Notes under the pieces: generated by a model | The model's input: the letters and a program-made list of their open reading frames with translations, nothing else | Told to the model about the DNA's origin: nothing | Databases searched by the model: none | Source: Paraspadella gotoi | Taxonomy: Eukaryota > Animalia > Chaetognatha | Assembly: GCA_051294375.1 (NCBI GenBank) | Contig: CM119264.1 | Location: forward strand, 13,981,323-14,045,322 | Length of the DNA: 64,000 nt | Direction of reading: 5' to 3' | Made by a program: the position numbers and the translations under genes | Shown here: positions 1 to 15,605 of the stretch, piece by piece | Position numbering within the stretch: position 1 is the stretch's first letter | How the letters are laid out: every line of letters begins with the position of its first letter

Positions 1-101
1 GCTTTCTCCGTTTGTCCCTAATGCCATTCAAACGTGCGAGTCGCGGGAATGATTTCATCTCTCTCTCTCTCTCTCTCTCCTCGTCTCTCTCCCTCCTCTC
101 T

Positions 102-132
<31 letters not shown>

Positions 133-3100
133 TCTTCTCTCTCTCTCTTCTCTATGGGCCTATAATGATCGTAAATCAACACACCGGTTAAGAAAAATAA
201 GCGATGAAGCGTTATTTGAATCAATCTATTAATAATATCCTTTACGTTATCTCACCACAGAGATTCAGTCCGGGTCAACAATTATCATCATACATTATCG
301 TCGGTCGTCGTGATCTTCGTCGTTCGTACGTCATCCTTCACCTGGATTCCTGGCTTTTCAATGAATTCGAGATTTGTTTTCGGACGGCCACGAGAAGGAT
401 TCCATTGAGCGATCGCTGGCGCGTGACTGTCGCTGCAGGTAAGCGCCGCCTTGTATCTACAGCGGCGGGAAGTCCGCCTGTGGCTGCCTGCTACGCGCAT
501 CGGCAGCAGAGGCCGGGATGGAGCGTCGCCTGCGCTCGCCAGTGGAGAGAGCCGACGCCGCTCGGACGAGGCACTCCGCAAGCCGGCTCGAAGCGAGAGC
601 GGTACCGCGGCGACAGGAGAGAGATAAGTTTTGAAAGTCAATTTCGGGCCAGCGCAGCGCGAAAGCGACTAAGTCGAGCCCGTCCAGGGCGACGGGTTCT
701 GGCAATTTGGACCGCGGGCGCCGCAATTAAATGGGTCCGGCCACAGGTCAGCTGGATGTTAGAAGGTCCCGGGTTTTAGCACCTTTAACCGCGAGGAAGG
801 AGAGCAAGAATTTGGACGGCCAGAAAGTGAAGAGATAAGTAAAGATGGTAAAACTTGACTGCTCACCGCGAGACTGAGCGCAGAGAGACGCCGGTTTACG
901 TCGAAAGTGTGCACGCGTAATAACATATTTTCTTGCGACTTTGTGTTAGTCTAGGTGTGTATGTAGTTCTCCGTGCGCTTTCTGCTGGCAATGGGCCTCG
1001 GGCACTTCCGATGTGAGTATTTTAATTAAACCCTTGATCAGTATTTTGTTATGCGGGAGTCATGGTCATCTGTTTGCTGGTTTGAGAGGGTGCCGCTTGC
1101 TGCATATACGGCACAGGACTGGGTGCGGTGAAGCCGAATGATGACAAGGGGACATGCAATATGCGGCGCGCGAAGGGGGAGCGGAAAGGCGATGCGTGTT
1201 CGGAGCGCACGCGGTGCCGGGTCTGTACAAGCGACGGCAGACTTGTCGTTCGCGCGCGTTCGGCATTAGACGGAATATTGGATAGATTGGCAGCGACACG
1301 CAGACTTTATGATGGGTGCAAGTCTCTGGCTATGACTCGAACTCGTGGAATTCCTGATGGGTGCGCTCTCAAAGACTCTATCGTAGAGAGCGCGGGCTTC
1401 CACTGAGCTAACAGGATCGTGATCATCGAGCTCTTCTCAAAGGTTAAGTGTATTAACGCTCCTGAGAGCATATGACGTGGGTTACGCTCTTGCGTGCAGA
1501 GCGTCCTAGGATGTGTCCGTATAAGGCGAGAGAAAAGTAAACTCGTATGGCATCCTTTTTGCGCATAGTGATTGGTACGCGGCGAGGGTGCAGCTCGTCC
1601 TCCATGACTCGGGCGTAACTCTCTGACCTGGAGGTGAGAGGCTGGTCTAGCGCAAAAAGAGATGGTTCGAGACTGGACATGATGTGTTGCATAGAAGGAG
1701 GCGAAGAATTTGAGGGCTCTCCAAGGACGGTAAAGAGCCTCTCCGGTGCAAGGCTATGAAGCAGATGACCGTGTGAAGTTCATAAACGCCGTTTATACGA
1801 CACTCGGCTGCGGAGATGAAACGGTCAAAGTTATGTGAACTGCCTCATTACTCTGAAAGGTCAGGATCGTATACTACATCCAGACGCTTGTTAACAACAA
1901 AGCCGGACCTGTGGCTTTCGTTTTTGTATGCTCATTCTTCTTTACTCAGTCTAACGTGCTGGTTTTGGGGTGAGAGTACGGACGATTTACATTTTGCCCC
2001 GGTTATTAGTCACATTTTTCGTCAGGATTTGCGTGGCGCATATAAGCCGGCTGCTTGATTGGCACTCCTAAGCGCCATCTGGTCAGGCAGTGGGGATAGT
2101 CTATCTGAATGCTCATGGCTCGAAAGGAAGACAAATACTAGTATGCGTGTCTCACTTTGCATAGTCTATCCATATCGGAGAATTACATACACCGGCCAGC
2201 AGAAACACGAAGTTGAACGCAATTAAATTCATTTTAGAAGGGAGGTGTTTGTGCGGACTTGCGATTTCCACTCCTGTAAAGTGAGTGCTTCAAAGAAGAT
2301 GTTGTTACTTAGCCATTTGCCTACTCTGAAATTTGTTCTCCTTGTGGGAAACTCCAAAAGTAATCAATGACAACTTGGACTTATTGCGGTTCTTCGGCCT
2401 TTCTGTAGTCTCCGCTAATTGACTCTGACGGATAGCTGGGTAAAGCGCAAGTACTCACGCAGTAAGCCCGTACGGCAATGACGCCTTTTATATTAAGCGT
2501 CCCACGATAATAAAAAGCCATTTCCATTCCCAACTACGTTAATTGCCGGGTCCAAAAGTATTGCCGACAGGCTGCGTGGTCTGCGATGCGACAGACCGTT
2601 CCCGCTCTGTGGCGAAAAAACAGAGGAGAGAAATTGGGAGATATAGAAGTGAGGGGAGGGGTACTGTGGCGAGGCGGTGAGACCTACTGAAGAGTGGAGA
2701 GTAAATTGTCGTCGTTCTATCGGGTGACCGTGGCGCAGTGAAACCGGTGTATGATAGAAGCATCGGGGAAGAAATAACCATATGTAGAAAGATCTAGTGT
2801 TCCGTACTAATCCTGAAAAATGTGGACTCAGAGTGGTGACCAAAACAGATGCTGAGTTACTCATGCGCCGCCATGTCCGCAGAACCGAAAGCCGTTTTCG
2901 CCCTCTTGACCGCCGCGAAAAGCAAAAGATTCCGAATCTGTCGATCCGTCGTTTTTGTGTTCTTCGGCGGGGCGTGCGTCAAGCCGTCATGTAATGCGTG
3001 CCGACGTCCATCATTCCGCTTCTACTCCTCTGTTCTCACTTTCTCTTCCCGCTCCCTCAGCCTTCTCGGCTCATTACCCGTCCATCGTCCCTCCCGTTAC

Positions 3101-4607
3101 TAGGGCGCAGCTTTGTGGTCTCGAGATTGGGCGACAGCCGTTGTGACACCGAGCTCGGGGTCAGCCCGCGAGGGTGCTTTCTCTGATCACTGTGGCTCTG
3201 TCTGGCGCCGTCTGTTCTCTTCCTCTCTCTCTCTCTGTCTCTCTCTCTTCCTCGCTCTGCAGTGCTCTCGCGCTCTCTCTGCTCGCGGCTGTCTTTTACT
3301 GCCTCTCTTTGTCTCGCGTATCAGGATCATCGCGCACCGCTCATTAAAGAACATGTCCATAATATATCTATAAGAAATAAAAACAAAAGAGTGATCCTGA
3401 TCCACATTGAAAATTATAGCCCATAGATTAGCAAAGAGGATAGTTACCCTAAGTGCTCGCCGTCCATATATACACGTATATAAATCATTCATTCATCTAT
3501 TATACTAAATATCTCTGTTTCTCCTTGCAATGATCTTCTACTGCCTGACAAATACACCCGATCGTGCTCATCATCTCCGTACTCTCCTCTCTAGTTTTTA
3601 TATGTTATTGAGTCGGCTCACGTATTGTTTTGGGTTTGAGTCTGAGGGAATGAGGTTTTGACAGCGATGACGTCATCGAGCGGATTTGACGCCGTCCGGA
3701 ATCCGGTCGACGTTTTGACGTTGGATTGACGAAAATCTGAAAGAGCCTCCTCCTCCTCCTCCTCCTCCTCCTCTTCCCCATCAAGACATCAAAAGATCAC
3801 AGAATCTCGGGAGTATCTCGGTCTGCAAAAGAAATCATTTTTTATCAGTTATTCATTTTCCTGGTTTTTATAGTAATTTTTTTTTTTCAACTTATTTTTT
3901 TCATTTTTCTTTTATTATTTTTTTGATTGCTTTTTTCTCTTCCTTTCCTTTTTATCATACTTTCTATCTTTCTTTCTATCTTTTCATTTTCTTTATTATC
4001 TTCACCCCCGAAAGTCAGTCTTTTCATCCTCCCTTCATTATTCCCCTCTCGTTTTTTAAAGGGTGCGAAATTCTGAATTAAAACTGCGCCGAATCAAAAT
4101 GGCGGAATTGAAATTGTGCCGAATGAAATCAGCGCCGAGCTGGAAAATTTTTAAAAAAAAAAAAAAAATCGAGACGAAACAAAATTCTGAAAGGGCTAAA
4201 ATTAGATGGCGTTGAACGAAGATTTATATCTATGAATTTAAAACTACATTGTTTCATAATGACGCGGCGGATTTCTTTTAAAAAAAATTTCAAGCCAACA
4301 AAACTAATTAAAGATGCCGAATATTTGGTTCATTTATATGTTAATATCTTCTCGTTCGAGACGATTTATTAATTGAATGAAAATAAAATTGGGATGAACG
4401 ACGACTAAGCAAAGATTATAATACTACTCGTCTGTCGTCGTCGTTCGTCGTCGCGTCGTCGTCGTCGTCGTCGTCGTCGGCGTCGTCGTTCGTCGTCGTC
4501 GTCGTCCATCGCGGCAGTAAAACCTCGTTGAGATGAAAGTGTTTCAGCGATAAAGTCTCAGAATTTCTTCTTGGTGCCCTTGAGGTGGAAACATCATTGT
4601 TGTAATG

Positions 4608-5861
4608 TTTTTATCGAGCCTTGACCGGCGAAGCCGGTCAGGCTCTATAATTTTTAGGGTTGCTTCTTTGTGACGTCGTCGTTCGTCGTCGTCGTGGTCA
4701 CGCTGTTTTCATATATAAAAACTACTACGCTTTTATAGGTTTGGCTGTGACTTACCGTTTTTTTTTAAAATAAAAATTATTATGAAATTATGATAAAAGT
4801 TTTACAAAAGTGTGCGATCATAGTAAGTTAAAAATTTAGATATGGCTTTTCATCTTGAAATAGCTGTGATATTTTCATATACATTTGGATTTAAGTATTT
4901 TTTGTTTGAATTTCCACTTCATTTTGATTTACTGCAATATGCAAATGAGATTATAGTACTCATTAAAATATCCAAATTAGTATATAGAAATGCTTTAAGC
5001 TAATTTACATATTGCAGTAATATAATATTGAAGATGAAATTCAAAAATTTTTTTTTAAATTTCTAATAAAAATTGGGAACTCAAAGGATTTTTTTAATGA
5101 GAAGCTATATCTTAATTTTAATACAAATAAAAATAAAATCTTTTACAAGCTGCGATTGGAAAAAATGGAAAAGTTTCCAATTGTAAACCATTGTAACATT
5201 TTTTGCCTTTCTTTTATTTATTTTTTAATTATATATATTTTTTTTAGGCGCTGCCTTTTCTGAATCGTTTAAAAACGAGTTCAGTTTCTCTCTGTCTCTC
5301 TTTGTGTGCGATCTCTTGCGTGATCGTTCGTTTTTTGAAAAATTCTGATTATTTTTTCTTTCTAAAAACATATATATTTGATCAGGCGCTGCCTTTTCTG
5401 AATCGTTTAAAAAAAAACGAGTTCAGGCTCTCTCTCTCTCTCCCTCCGTCTCCCTTCCGTCTCTCTCTCTTCTCTCTTCTCTCTCTCTCTCCTTCTCTCT
5501 CTCTCTCTTTTTTTTTTTTACAAAAAAAAAATTATTCACTTTGTTTTACCACCGTTTTTTGAAAAATTCTTATTATTTCTTTCCTTCTAAAAACTTTCAT
5601 TATCGCCATTTATTCCCGCGCTTCTTTCTCAATACAAAAATCCCAAATTTACATCTGAGATTTTCGTGAGATTTTTTTTTAGGAAATGTGAAGAATAACT
5701 AACTTCACCTGGATTTCGTGGCCGTTGCGGGGCAACGAGTAAACAATGTCGAGGAACATGACCTAATAACGCGTTACGTGTATATATAAAAAAATCAACT
5801 TGACCGAGATCACGCCGATATAAACAAGAGTGACCTAATATTGCGTATCGTTGGCGGAAAA

Positions 5862-5957
<96 letters not shown>

Positions 5958-6020
5958 TCTCTCTCTTTTTTTTTTACAAAAAAAAATTTATTCACTTGTA
6001 AACGAGTAAACACGTGTTCC

Positions 6021-6062
<42 letters not shown>

Positions 6063-6250
6063 TTCTTCTCTATCTGTCTCTCTCTCTCTTTCTCTCTTTC
6101 TATCTCTTTTTTTTGTACAAAAATAATTTTTAGTCACCTTTTTTTTACCTCCGTCACTGCGCGACGAGTAAACGAGTTCCGGCTCTCTCTATCTCTCTCT
6201 CTCTCTCTCTCTTTTTTTTACAAAAAAAAATTTTTAGTCATTTTTTTTCA

Positions 6251-6286
<36 letters not shown>

Positions 6287-7310
6287 ATGTACGACCGTTC
6301 GTTTTTTTTGAAAAATTCTTATTATTTTTTCCTTCTAAAACTTTTATATCGCCATTTATTTTTTTTCTCTATACAAAATCCCAAATTTACATCCGAGATT
6401 TTCATGGATTCCTTTTAGAAAAAAGGAGAAAATAACTTATAATGCAGGCAATGTCACATGTACATCAGCTTGCTGCTGTACATATAGCTGCTATATGTCC
6501 GGCAATTGCGCGGATTAATTTAATTACAATATATAACTTTCTAACAAAAAAATTTTTTTTTTTTTGTTTTATTACTGTAACTTTGGACCCGGTCGGCCAC
6601 TATGGCAAATTATATCTAAATAGGGTGAGAAAGAGAGATATTGTCAAATTAAACATTACTTTTTTGTTATTCTAATAAATTTTACAATTTTAAAATTGTA
6701 AATTTTTTTAGTGTCATATATTTAATCATTTTTATTCTTTTTTAAAATAATAATTATTTGAGTTGGGATAAATATTTATAAATTAGTTAAATATGCAAAA
6801 TATGAAATTTGACCTCGTCTTGTTTCTTCTTAAAAAAAAGAACAATCTAAAATTTCATTCAAAGGAAAGGAAAAGAGTTCGTCCCTACTCAGATACGTCG
6901 AAAAAACGAGTTCAGCTCTGCAGCTTCTGATTATACTTTATATAAACGAGAGTGAAAACTGACCAGCCTCTCTCACTCTTTCTCTCTCTCTCTCTCTCTT
7001 CTCCTCTCTCTCTCTCTCTCTCTTTCATTCATACACGCATTTGTTTGTTTTATTACGATGAATGACTCATCGCGTCAATGAATTACTATCATCGCATCAA
7101 TGAATGATTATCATCATAATCAATGAATGATTATCATCACATCAATGAATGACTATCATCGCATCAATCATTTGATTTCATCACATCAGTTAATTTTATT
7201 ATCATCGCATCAATTATTGGTTATCATGCATCAATTATTGGTTATCATGCGCATCCAATATTTGGTTAATCATCAAAAGTAGGCTCGATTCCTTATGCTA
7301 TTAGATCTTT
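4608..7310 (+). mobile_element. Helentron-associated interspersed element (HINE / DINE-1-like)
   Basis: A T-run precedes the subterminal repeat ATCGAGCCT (4613-4621), which overlaps the hairpin GAGCC(T)TGACCGGC-GAA-GCCGGTCAGGCTC and is followed by a (GTC)n microsatellite. The inverted partner AGGCTCGAT (7281-7289) is followed by a T-run. The interior holds tandem and duplicated segments. The span may include nested insertions. Confidence 0.55.
7060..7272 (+). repeat. ~22-bp minisatellite (ATCATCGCATCAATGAATGATT-like)
   Basis: About 9 degenerate tandem units just inside the HINE 3' end; an inverted homologue lies at 23740-23865. Confidence 0.8.
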
Positions 7311-7865
7311 TTTTTTTTCATTCTTTTAATGGGGCATTAGAACTTTTTCAGCTCGTCGCTTCTTCAGCTTGTTTGTTCGATCTATTGTGTTTCTTCTTTA
7401 ACTTCAGTTCCAATCATTCTTTCAGGTTTATTTTTAATATTTTTCTTCTATACTTTCTTCTTTTTCTGTTTAGAAAAATATCCCTTATTTATATCTAATA
7501 AAATGAATTAACTACGCATTCCGTCGATTTCCGTTCCATAATCAATAATCAATGTTTCTTAAAGCAAATTTCCTCTAAAATAACTTTGAAATTTAATTCA
7601 GGTTTATCCACTTTTTTGGCGGGAATTTCCTCCAGGTTGACCATTTTAAAATTTTTAAATATGATGTGCAGATGAGTACCCAGATGTGTAGCTTACCAAA
7701 TATATTTATGAGAATTTAAATATTTTATTTTTGTTTTAAAGCAACCGAAATATAATTAGAAATAACCACAAGAGCTAATGCCGTTTTACCACAGCACGTA
7801 CTCTCAAGAGACCAACAATCAGATTGTATGTTTCGCCCAGGCAGGCATTTTAAAAAGCGCTCTCG

Positions 7866-8623
<758 letters not shown>

Positions 8624-9931
8624 TTCTCTCTTTTCTCTCCCAGTCTCCGTCTCTCGACGTCTCGATTCTTTGAATTAAATTCTTACACCTGTCTCTCTCC
8701 CAAATAAAAAAAAACTTCATCTTTTCTTTCCTCCTCCTAATCCTCTCTTCTCGTCTCTCTCATTTCTTTTCTTTTTCTTCTTTTTCTTTTTCTTCTTCAC
8801 ACCATCGCCATATCTTATCTCCCCTTCCACCTCCGTCTCTTTTTCCCTTCTTTCCTCTCCTTCTTTCTTTTCTTTCCTTCTTTCCATCTTCTGCATTTCT
8901 TATCTCCCCTTCCACCTCCGTCTCTTTTTCCCCTCTTTCCTCTCCTTCTTTCTTTTCTTTCCTCCCTTTCCGCCGCCTCCCTCGCTACCCTCTTTATCTT
9001 CATCGATTTCCTTTTACTCTCAATCTCGTTAAAGTCGTCAATTTCGCTCTCAGTTCACTTTGCAGCTTCTGTTTCGAATTTTCCTTTCACTCTTTCTTTA
9101 TAACGCTTTTCTCTCACCTTTTATTGTTTTAAATTGTTACCTTTTTAAAAATGTTGTTTTTTTGCTTTTAACCGAAAGATTGTATATTGATATATGTATA
9201 GACGACATGGATACCGGTATAGGAACACGACTTGAATACATTATCAATAATGTTATGATTATGGCATTCTTGGGCCCAGCTTTTTCTCGTCATTTGAAAA
9301 AGAAGTTGATTAAGCTTATTTTTTCATCGTATCCCCTTTCTATTTTTCTGTCCATCTATCTATTTTCTGATCTTCTCATCCTTTTCTTTTTCTGTTCCTC
9401 CTTTTCCCGCTTCGCACGTTCCTCACATAATCTCTCCCTTTTCTCTCCTTTTCTTTTTCTCCACGTTGACCCACCGACTCAATCGAAAGATGAAAGCCTT
9501 TTTTTTTTCTTCTCCAATTTCAACCAATTTTTTCTCTCCTTCACAAATAATCGAAATAAATTATTTGCGTTGTGAAAGTCAGTCTTTCACTTGAATTCAT
9601 TTCATGTTTTTACAATTTGTTTTTCTTGCTCATCCCATTTCGAACGAAGAGTCTAACGACGACCTTCTCCTTCGATTCCTTCTCTCCTCAGATCTTCTTT
9701 CTCCTTAGTAAAGTTCTCTCGACCCCCAATCTCCTCATTCCGCCCCCACCATTCTTTACTTTTCCTGTTCTTCTTCCTCAGCTCATCTTCCCCATCTCCC
9801 CAACTCCCAGCCTCCTTTCCCTCAATTCCTTAACCTTGGAATCAACATTTACGCGTCTTGATTCCATCATTACCCAAATTGCTCTTTCCTCTCTCGCGTC
9901 TTCGCTCGTTTCACGCTCTCGTCGTCTCTCT

Positions 9932-10016
<85 letters not shown>

Positions 10017-10108
10017 CGCTCGTTTCACGCTTCCTAAATCCTTGCGACTCCTTGTTATTCATTTCTCCCAAGTTCTACGGCCTTCCCGAAGCTTCCCACT
10101 CTCTCTCT

Positions 10109-10189
<81 letters not shown>

Positions 10190-11282
10190 ACCCACCACAA
10201 TGCCGGCCCCAGTAATGGTAAACGCTGCTCAACCATACACAAAAAGCAACGTTTTTCTGTTTATTTCTTTTGTTTCTAAAAACGATTAGTTTAAAACGAT
10301 ACAAGTATTTCTTGGTTTTTCGCTCATCTTTCGGCCCATTTTTTTCAGTCTCAAACATCGCAGCAACCAATACCCCCCCCTACCCTCCCCCCTTCTTTTC
10401 CCAAAGCCTCATTAATCTTGACCCTCGACGAATAACGATCTATTCTTTGAAGAATCTCCCTTTTTCACCGCCATGCTTGACACCCCAACCAAGATGTCGT
10501 TACGGCTATCATTTATAACTTAGTGTTACTCAATCCCATTCGCATTGAAGCATCCTAACTAAAGTAACAAATCTACCTGGTAATCCTTTAGATTTTCTCC
10601 CCAACCATTTTAATTTTTAGTTCCTCACATCCATCGGTCGCCCCACGCCGAGCTGTTCCCTCTGCCACCACCTCCTCCACGGACTTCTCCCCCTCCTCCC
10701 CACAAAGAATCCTCGACCATCCGGTTGTATATTTTTCGCATCAACGCATCTTCGTCGACTATTTTCATCCCTATTATCTCGTTGGAGGAGGAAAAAAGGA
10801 GAACGGGGGATCAGGGGTTGAGCAAAAGAGGACGAGATGAGGAGACGAAGTCAAAGGGGGGGGGGAGAAATGAGAATTGCAGGAGGAAATAGACATTACA
10901 GACCAAAGGGACGATGATTAAAAGGCATCGTTAATAATGTTTGGGCGAGGAGATGAATATTAGACAAGATTTCCTCCGTTTGATGAGAATTGAGAAGTCA
11001 TCAGATTTTTGACGACAAAGTCGAAGACCAAACGAAAAAGAAATGTCTCGAGGTTATTGAACTGTCGAAAATTCTAAAATAGTGGAAAGTCGATGAAAAC
11101 GACGATGAAAACGACGACGAAGACGAGCACGATTAAAGATGACGCAATGACACTGAAGACCACGTTGACGACGACAAAGACGAGCACAATAGACAAGATG
11201 ACGACAAAGACGGCGCCATGATAATCGGAAAATCTTGCAAAATTTGAGGGTCGACTTCATGAAAAAAGTGAAGTTGACTTAA

Positions 11283-12066
11283 GGGGACCCAGTGATAAAA
11301 ATGATATCATAAGCTTAAGGGTCTATCATCAAAGGAATTTGAATGGTGATAGTCATTAATTTTTCTTTGCACGGGAAAGTGGCAAAAAAATTCCTATCTC
11401 TTATTCTAGCGGAAACAAAAATTTAATAATTATGAAAAAAAAATTTAGTTGACCCTACCTAAATATTTATATAATCCATTATTTTATTTTTGCATTAGAA
11501 AGTATTTTTTACTAAATTCCAATTTTTTATTTTTTACTGTACAAAGCTATAATTTTAGGTTTAAGCCTCATTGAACAAAGGCTTTACAAGACTAATATTT
11601 TTTTATTTTTATATTTACTTAAAAGCAGACAAATCAAACCTAAATTCTATTCTTACAGAAACAAAACTGTAATAATTATTAATTAATATTCATATTCATC
11701 CCTTAAATGTATAATTAAACTATATTGATTCCTAATTATAACAATTAAAAATTTAGCAAAAGTACAGAATCTTTCTCTTTTTTATATATTTATATTACTT
11801 CAAAGAGTTTTATTTTCATCCAATTAACAGAATCATTTGAAAAGAAAGTTTAAATAAAATCAGTCGATACCTTAAATTTTGATTCATTCCTAGTTTTTTT
11901 TCTTATAAATTTTTTAAAGAAAATTAAGCTCGCTGATTTTATCGAATTTTTTAACTACTTTCCCAAATGATTATAGAAGAAAAAATTATATGATCAGAAC
12001 CAGCTTAAGTTAAAGGGTCAAACGTTATGTTTTCAGCTTTTTACCCCCCCTGTTCACTTGGTCCCC
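11283..12066. mobile_element. Non-autonomous DNA transposon (MITE), Kolobok-like
   Basis: TTAA on both sides (11279-11282, 12067-12070). Terminal inverted repeats GGGGACCCAGTGA / TCACTTGGTCCCC match at 12/13. AT-rich non-coding interior. A TTAA target with purine-starting termini fits Kolobok rather than piggyBac, whose termini start CCC. Confidence 0.7.
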
Positions 12067-12736
12067 TTAATCGATCTCACGAGAAAAAAATATAAAAAAA
12101 TTTTATTTTGTTATTGATTTGCAAATCGATTCAGTAATTTTTATTTTCACATAAGATCGATCCACAAAATTTTACAAGAAGATGGAATAAAAATCGTTCT
12201 TATGAGGTCGATAGTTGATCTGGCGATATGTACCCACAAAGACGATCACGATTTCGACAAATACAACGATGACCAAGACGGAGACAATTGAGATTACAAC
12301 GAAGAACATGCGGACGACCTCGATGATTATCTAGATGACCATGATGGCAACGACGACAACGACGATTTCTTAGAAATTTTCGTTCATTTCTTCGCCTTCT
12401 TACTCTCGAAATAAACACAATGGACTTTCCTTTTTCACCCTAGTTTTTCTTCCCGGGAGGCTGCCTTTTCTAAAGACGCTTTTCTTTCCACCTTCAGTTT
12501 TTGACCGAATTTGCATCATTTTTCGCTTAGTTTCCTCTTATCTCTTTTTCTCTTTCTTTCTGCTCTTTCTTTTTTGAGTTTCTTATTCTGTTTCCTTTTT
12601 CTTTTTCTCCTCAATGACGTTGGAAATCCCCTTGGCATTCGAAGCTGAGCGGAATGCATCGGTTTGAGTTGGAAGAAAATTAGGAAGAATTTACAGAACT
12701 CGCTCTCTGTCTCTCTCTCTCCTCTACTCTCTCTCT

Positions 12737-12789
<53 letters not shown>

Positions 12790-13199
12790 TTCTCCCTCGG
12801 CTTCATCATCAGTCATCACATTTATGTTTTACCAAAAGCTCGAGGCTCGGAACAACTTTTAACATACTAGGTCTTTTTACGTCGTAAATCAGTCTTCGAA
12901 TGTTCTTTTTTTTGTATTTCCGATTCCATCAAGATTTTATTATGTTTGACGCCATCTGCGATGGTGGCTGGCGAGCGGAAATTTATGAGCGCCGCCGCGA
13001 AGTGGAACTCAAGAAAAGAAGTGAAAAGAGAAAAAAAAGGAAAATGTATGGAGGAGAGAATAGAAAAGTAGATGGAAAGAACTGGAAAAACTGCGAGAAA
13101 ATTGTACAAGAAAAAACAAACTATATTAATGAAAAATAAGAATAGAAAGAAAGAAAAAAGGAAACATTTAAAATGATATAACAACGAAAATAAAAAGAG

Positions 13200-13310
<111 letters not shown>

Positions 13311-14389
13311 TAAAGAAAGAAAGAAAAGAAAAATCTAACAAACCTACATGAAAAAGCAACAATCAAATTATAAGAATAAGTCTGCAGCCAGAAAAAAATC
13401 TAAAAAAAGTAAGAAAAAAAAATAATAATCGAAGAGAGAAAGGTCAGAGTTTCCATCATAACACAAAATCTTTTTCCTTCTGGGAGAATGATAATGAGAA
13501 AGAGAACCAAGCCTCACAAAAAAATAGAGAAAAAATCTGGTATTTCTTATGAATTTTCTTACTGGGAGGAAACAATAACGATGTCGAAACGTTTTGATGA
13601 AAGTCATGTTCAGTTTAAAAATCATTTCATTTTTAACAGTTCGGTCGGAAATTTAAAAAAAAAAAAAAAAACGTCGAAAAATGAGTGCGCGAGCTTTTTT
13701 AGCATTTCCTCGTTTATTTGTGTGTTTCACATCAATTTAAGATATAACAATACCTCGTAAGTATATTTTTTTAAAATTTCTTCAATGATCGTTATTCGAG
13801 TCTTACATTACTTTCTCATTTTTATGGTCACTGTATGAAACGTCAAATTTATCACTACCATCAGCATCGAAGACGCGGCATCGTCATTTATCGTTTGTCA
13901 CTTGTCTCTCTTCTACGTTACTCTTGTTTCATCTCATATTCGCCAGATGTCGTCTCATTCGTCCTCGTCTAATGTCGAATTCTTTTTTCATATTTTCTTT
14001 GTGTTTGTTAGTCATTATCGCTGACTTCGCCGACATCAGCGATCGCACTTCATTCTTCACTTTGTTAAGATTTCTTATTTTTCCTGATGTCTTTTCTTTT
14101 CTTTTCAAATATTTTTTTCGAAATCATTTCAGTTCTGTTCTGATCGAACCTGGTTAGTTCATTGGAGGACGGTTAACTGTTTTTAGGTCAATTTTTGGTC
14201 TCGATGAGAAACCGCGAGGGAGAGAGGAGAGAGAAGGAGAGAGAGAGAGAGAGAGGGAGAGAGAGAGAGAGGAGAGAGAGGAGAGAGAGAGAGAGAAGAG
14301 AGAGATAATATAGACAAGCAAATAAATAAATAATTTAAAAAAAATAAATATATTCAAAACTGATGGAAGAGCGAGAGAAAACAGAAAGC

Positions 14390-14438
<49 letters not shown>

Positions 14439-15319
14439 GAGAGAGAGAGAGGAGGAGAGAATATTGAATATTTGAATATTGAAAGCAAAAGTGGGGCTTG
14501 AAGGCAGTGTTTTACACTTACCTTTAAAAGCTACGTTTTTGAGAAAATTCACTAACTCATAATAGATAACAAGAAACTGATGTATATCTAGCTAATTCTT
14601 CTAGTGTTACAGATTGTGTGGCGCTCTTTCTCAATTTCAGCAATTTAAACATTTAGCTCTTGTCAGAAACTCGGTCCCAAACCCAGCAAAATTTCTATTG
14701 GGAGAAATGTTAAGGTATAAACAGATGTTTGTAGCAAGTGCGATCTATGAGGTACCTATCAAATAATGTGTTTGTGAAAAATAATACGTTTTGTAATCAT
14801 ACAGAGCGGCTGAAATATTTAGCGTATATAGTCAGAGAGTGGAATCGATACTGGCAGAGAGAGAAAGAGAGAGAGAGAGAGGCCAGGAGAAAACACGCAA
14901 AATCAGTGACTTTAATCCGACTGCAATAAAGGAAAAGGAAGGCTTCGGCAACGCATCTGTCTCTTCTCCTTTTTTTTTTATTCTTTCTCGCGTTGTTTGT
15001 ATTTTCAATTTTCTCCGCTTTTTTTAATTTCTTCAAAATATTACGTCGCGAGGCCTTCAAGACGCCAGATTTCTTTCCCTTTTCCTTCTATTCAAATTCC
15101 ATGACAACCATGAATAGAAAAGATGCCAAACCGAAAGGCTTCTGCGAGTGTTGAGTTGCGACGTTAGGGCGCGGCGGAAGGGAAAGGGGGTTGGGGGTGG
15201 GGAGAGAGACGCTAGAAGAAGTCGAAGGGTAAGGAGGCCGGAGGAGGCGTAAATATTTGACATAAATTTTAAAAGCGTTTACAAAACCGGCTGATTTAAC
15301 ATAAATAATTTTTTTTTTT

Positions 15320-15605
15320 GTACAACAAAATCCCAAAAATATTTTTATGGTTAAAAACCTACGAATAATTTTCCCGTCACTTCTCTTAAATTTAGGGCCA
15401 GTCAGTAATAAAATATTAAAATTCTAAAAAGTTGTAATTACTTTTTTTGCATAAGTTTTTGAGCTCTATCAGAATCAATTAAAAAAACTTAAAATATTCA
15501 ACAAAAATTTTTTATACTACGTATATAGCAATATAATAATTTAAATTACTGAATTACTCATGGTTCGGAACATTTTTGCAAAAAAATATTTTAAAACAAT
15601 AATGA
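15320..15605. repeat. Dispersed AT-rich repeat fragment
   Basis: The reverse complement recurs at ~22525-22800 and, truncated, at ~27090-27240 (shared strings GGTTAAAAACCTACGAATAA, GAGCTCTAT, GTTCGGAACATTTTTGCAAAA). Confidence 0.7.

Noticed and set aside
204-3200. GC-rich ORFs such as 204-779 (191 aa)
   Set aside because: No recognisable domain or consistent splice structure. The sequence looks like low-quality read-derived filler.
7330-7645. Minus-strand peptide MVNLEEIPAKKVDKPELNFKVILEEICFKKH, faintly stathmin-like
   Set aside because: Short, interrupted by stops, and the similarity is too weak to support a call.
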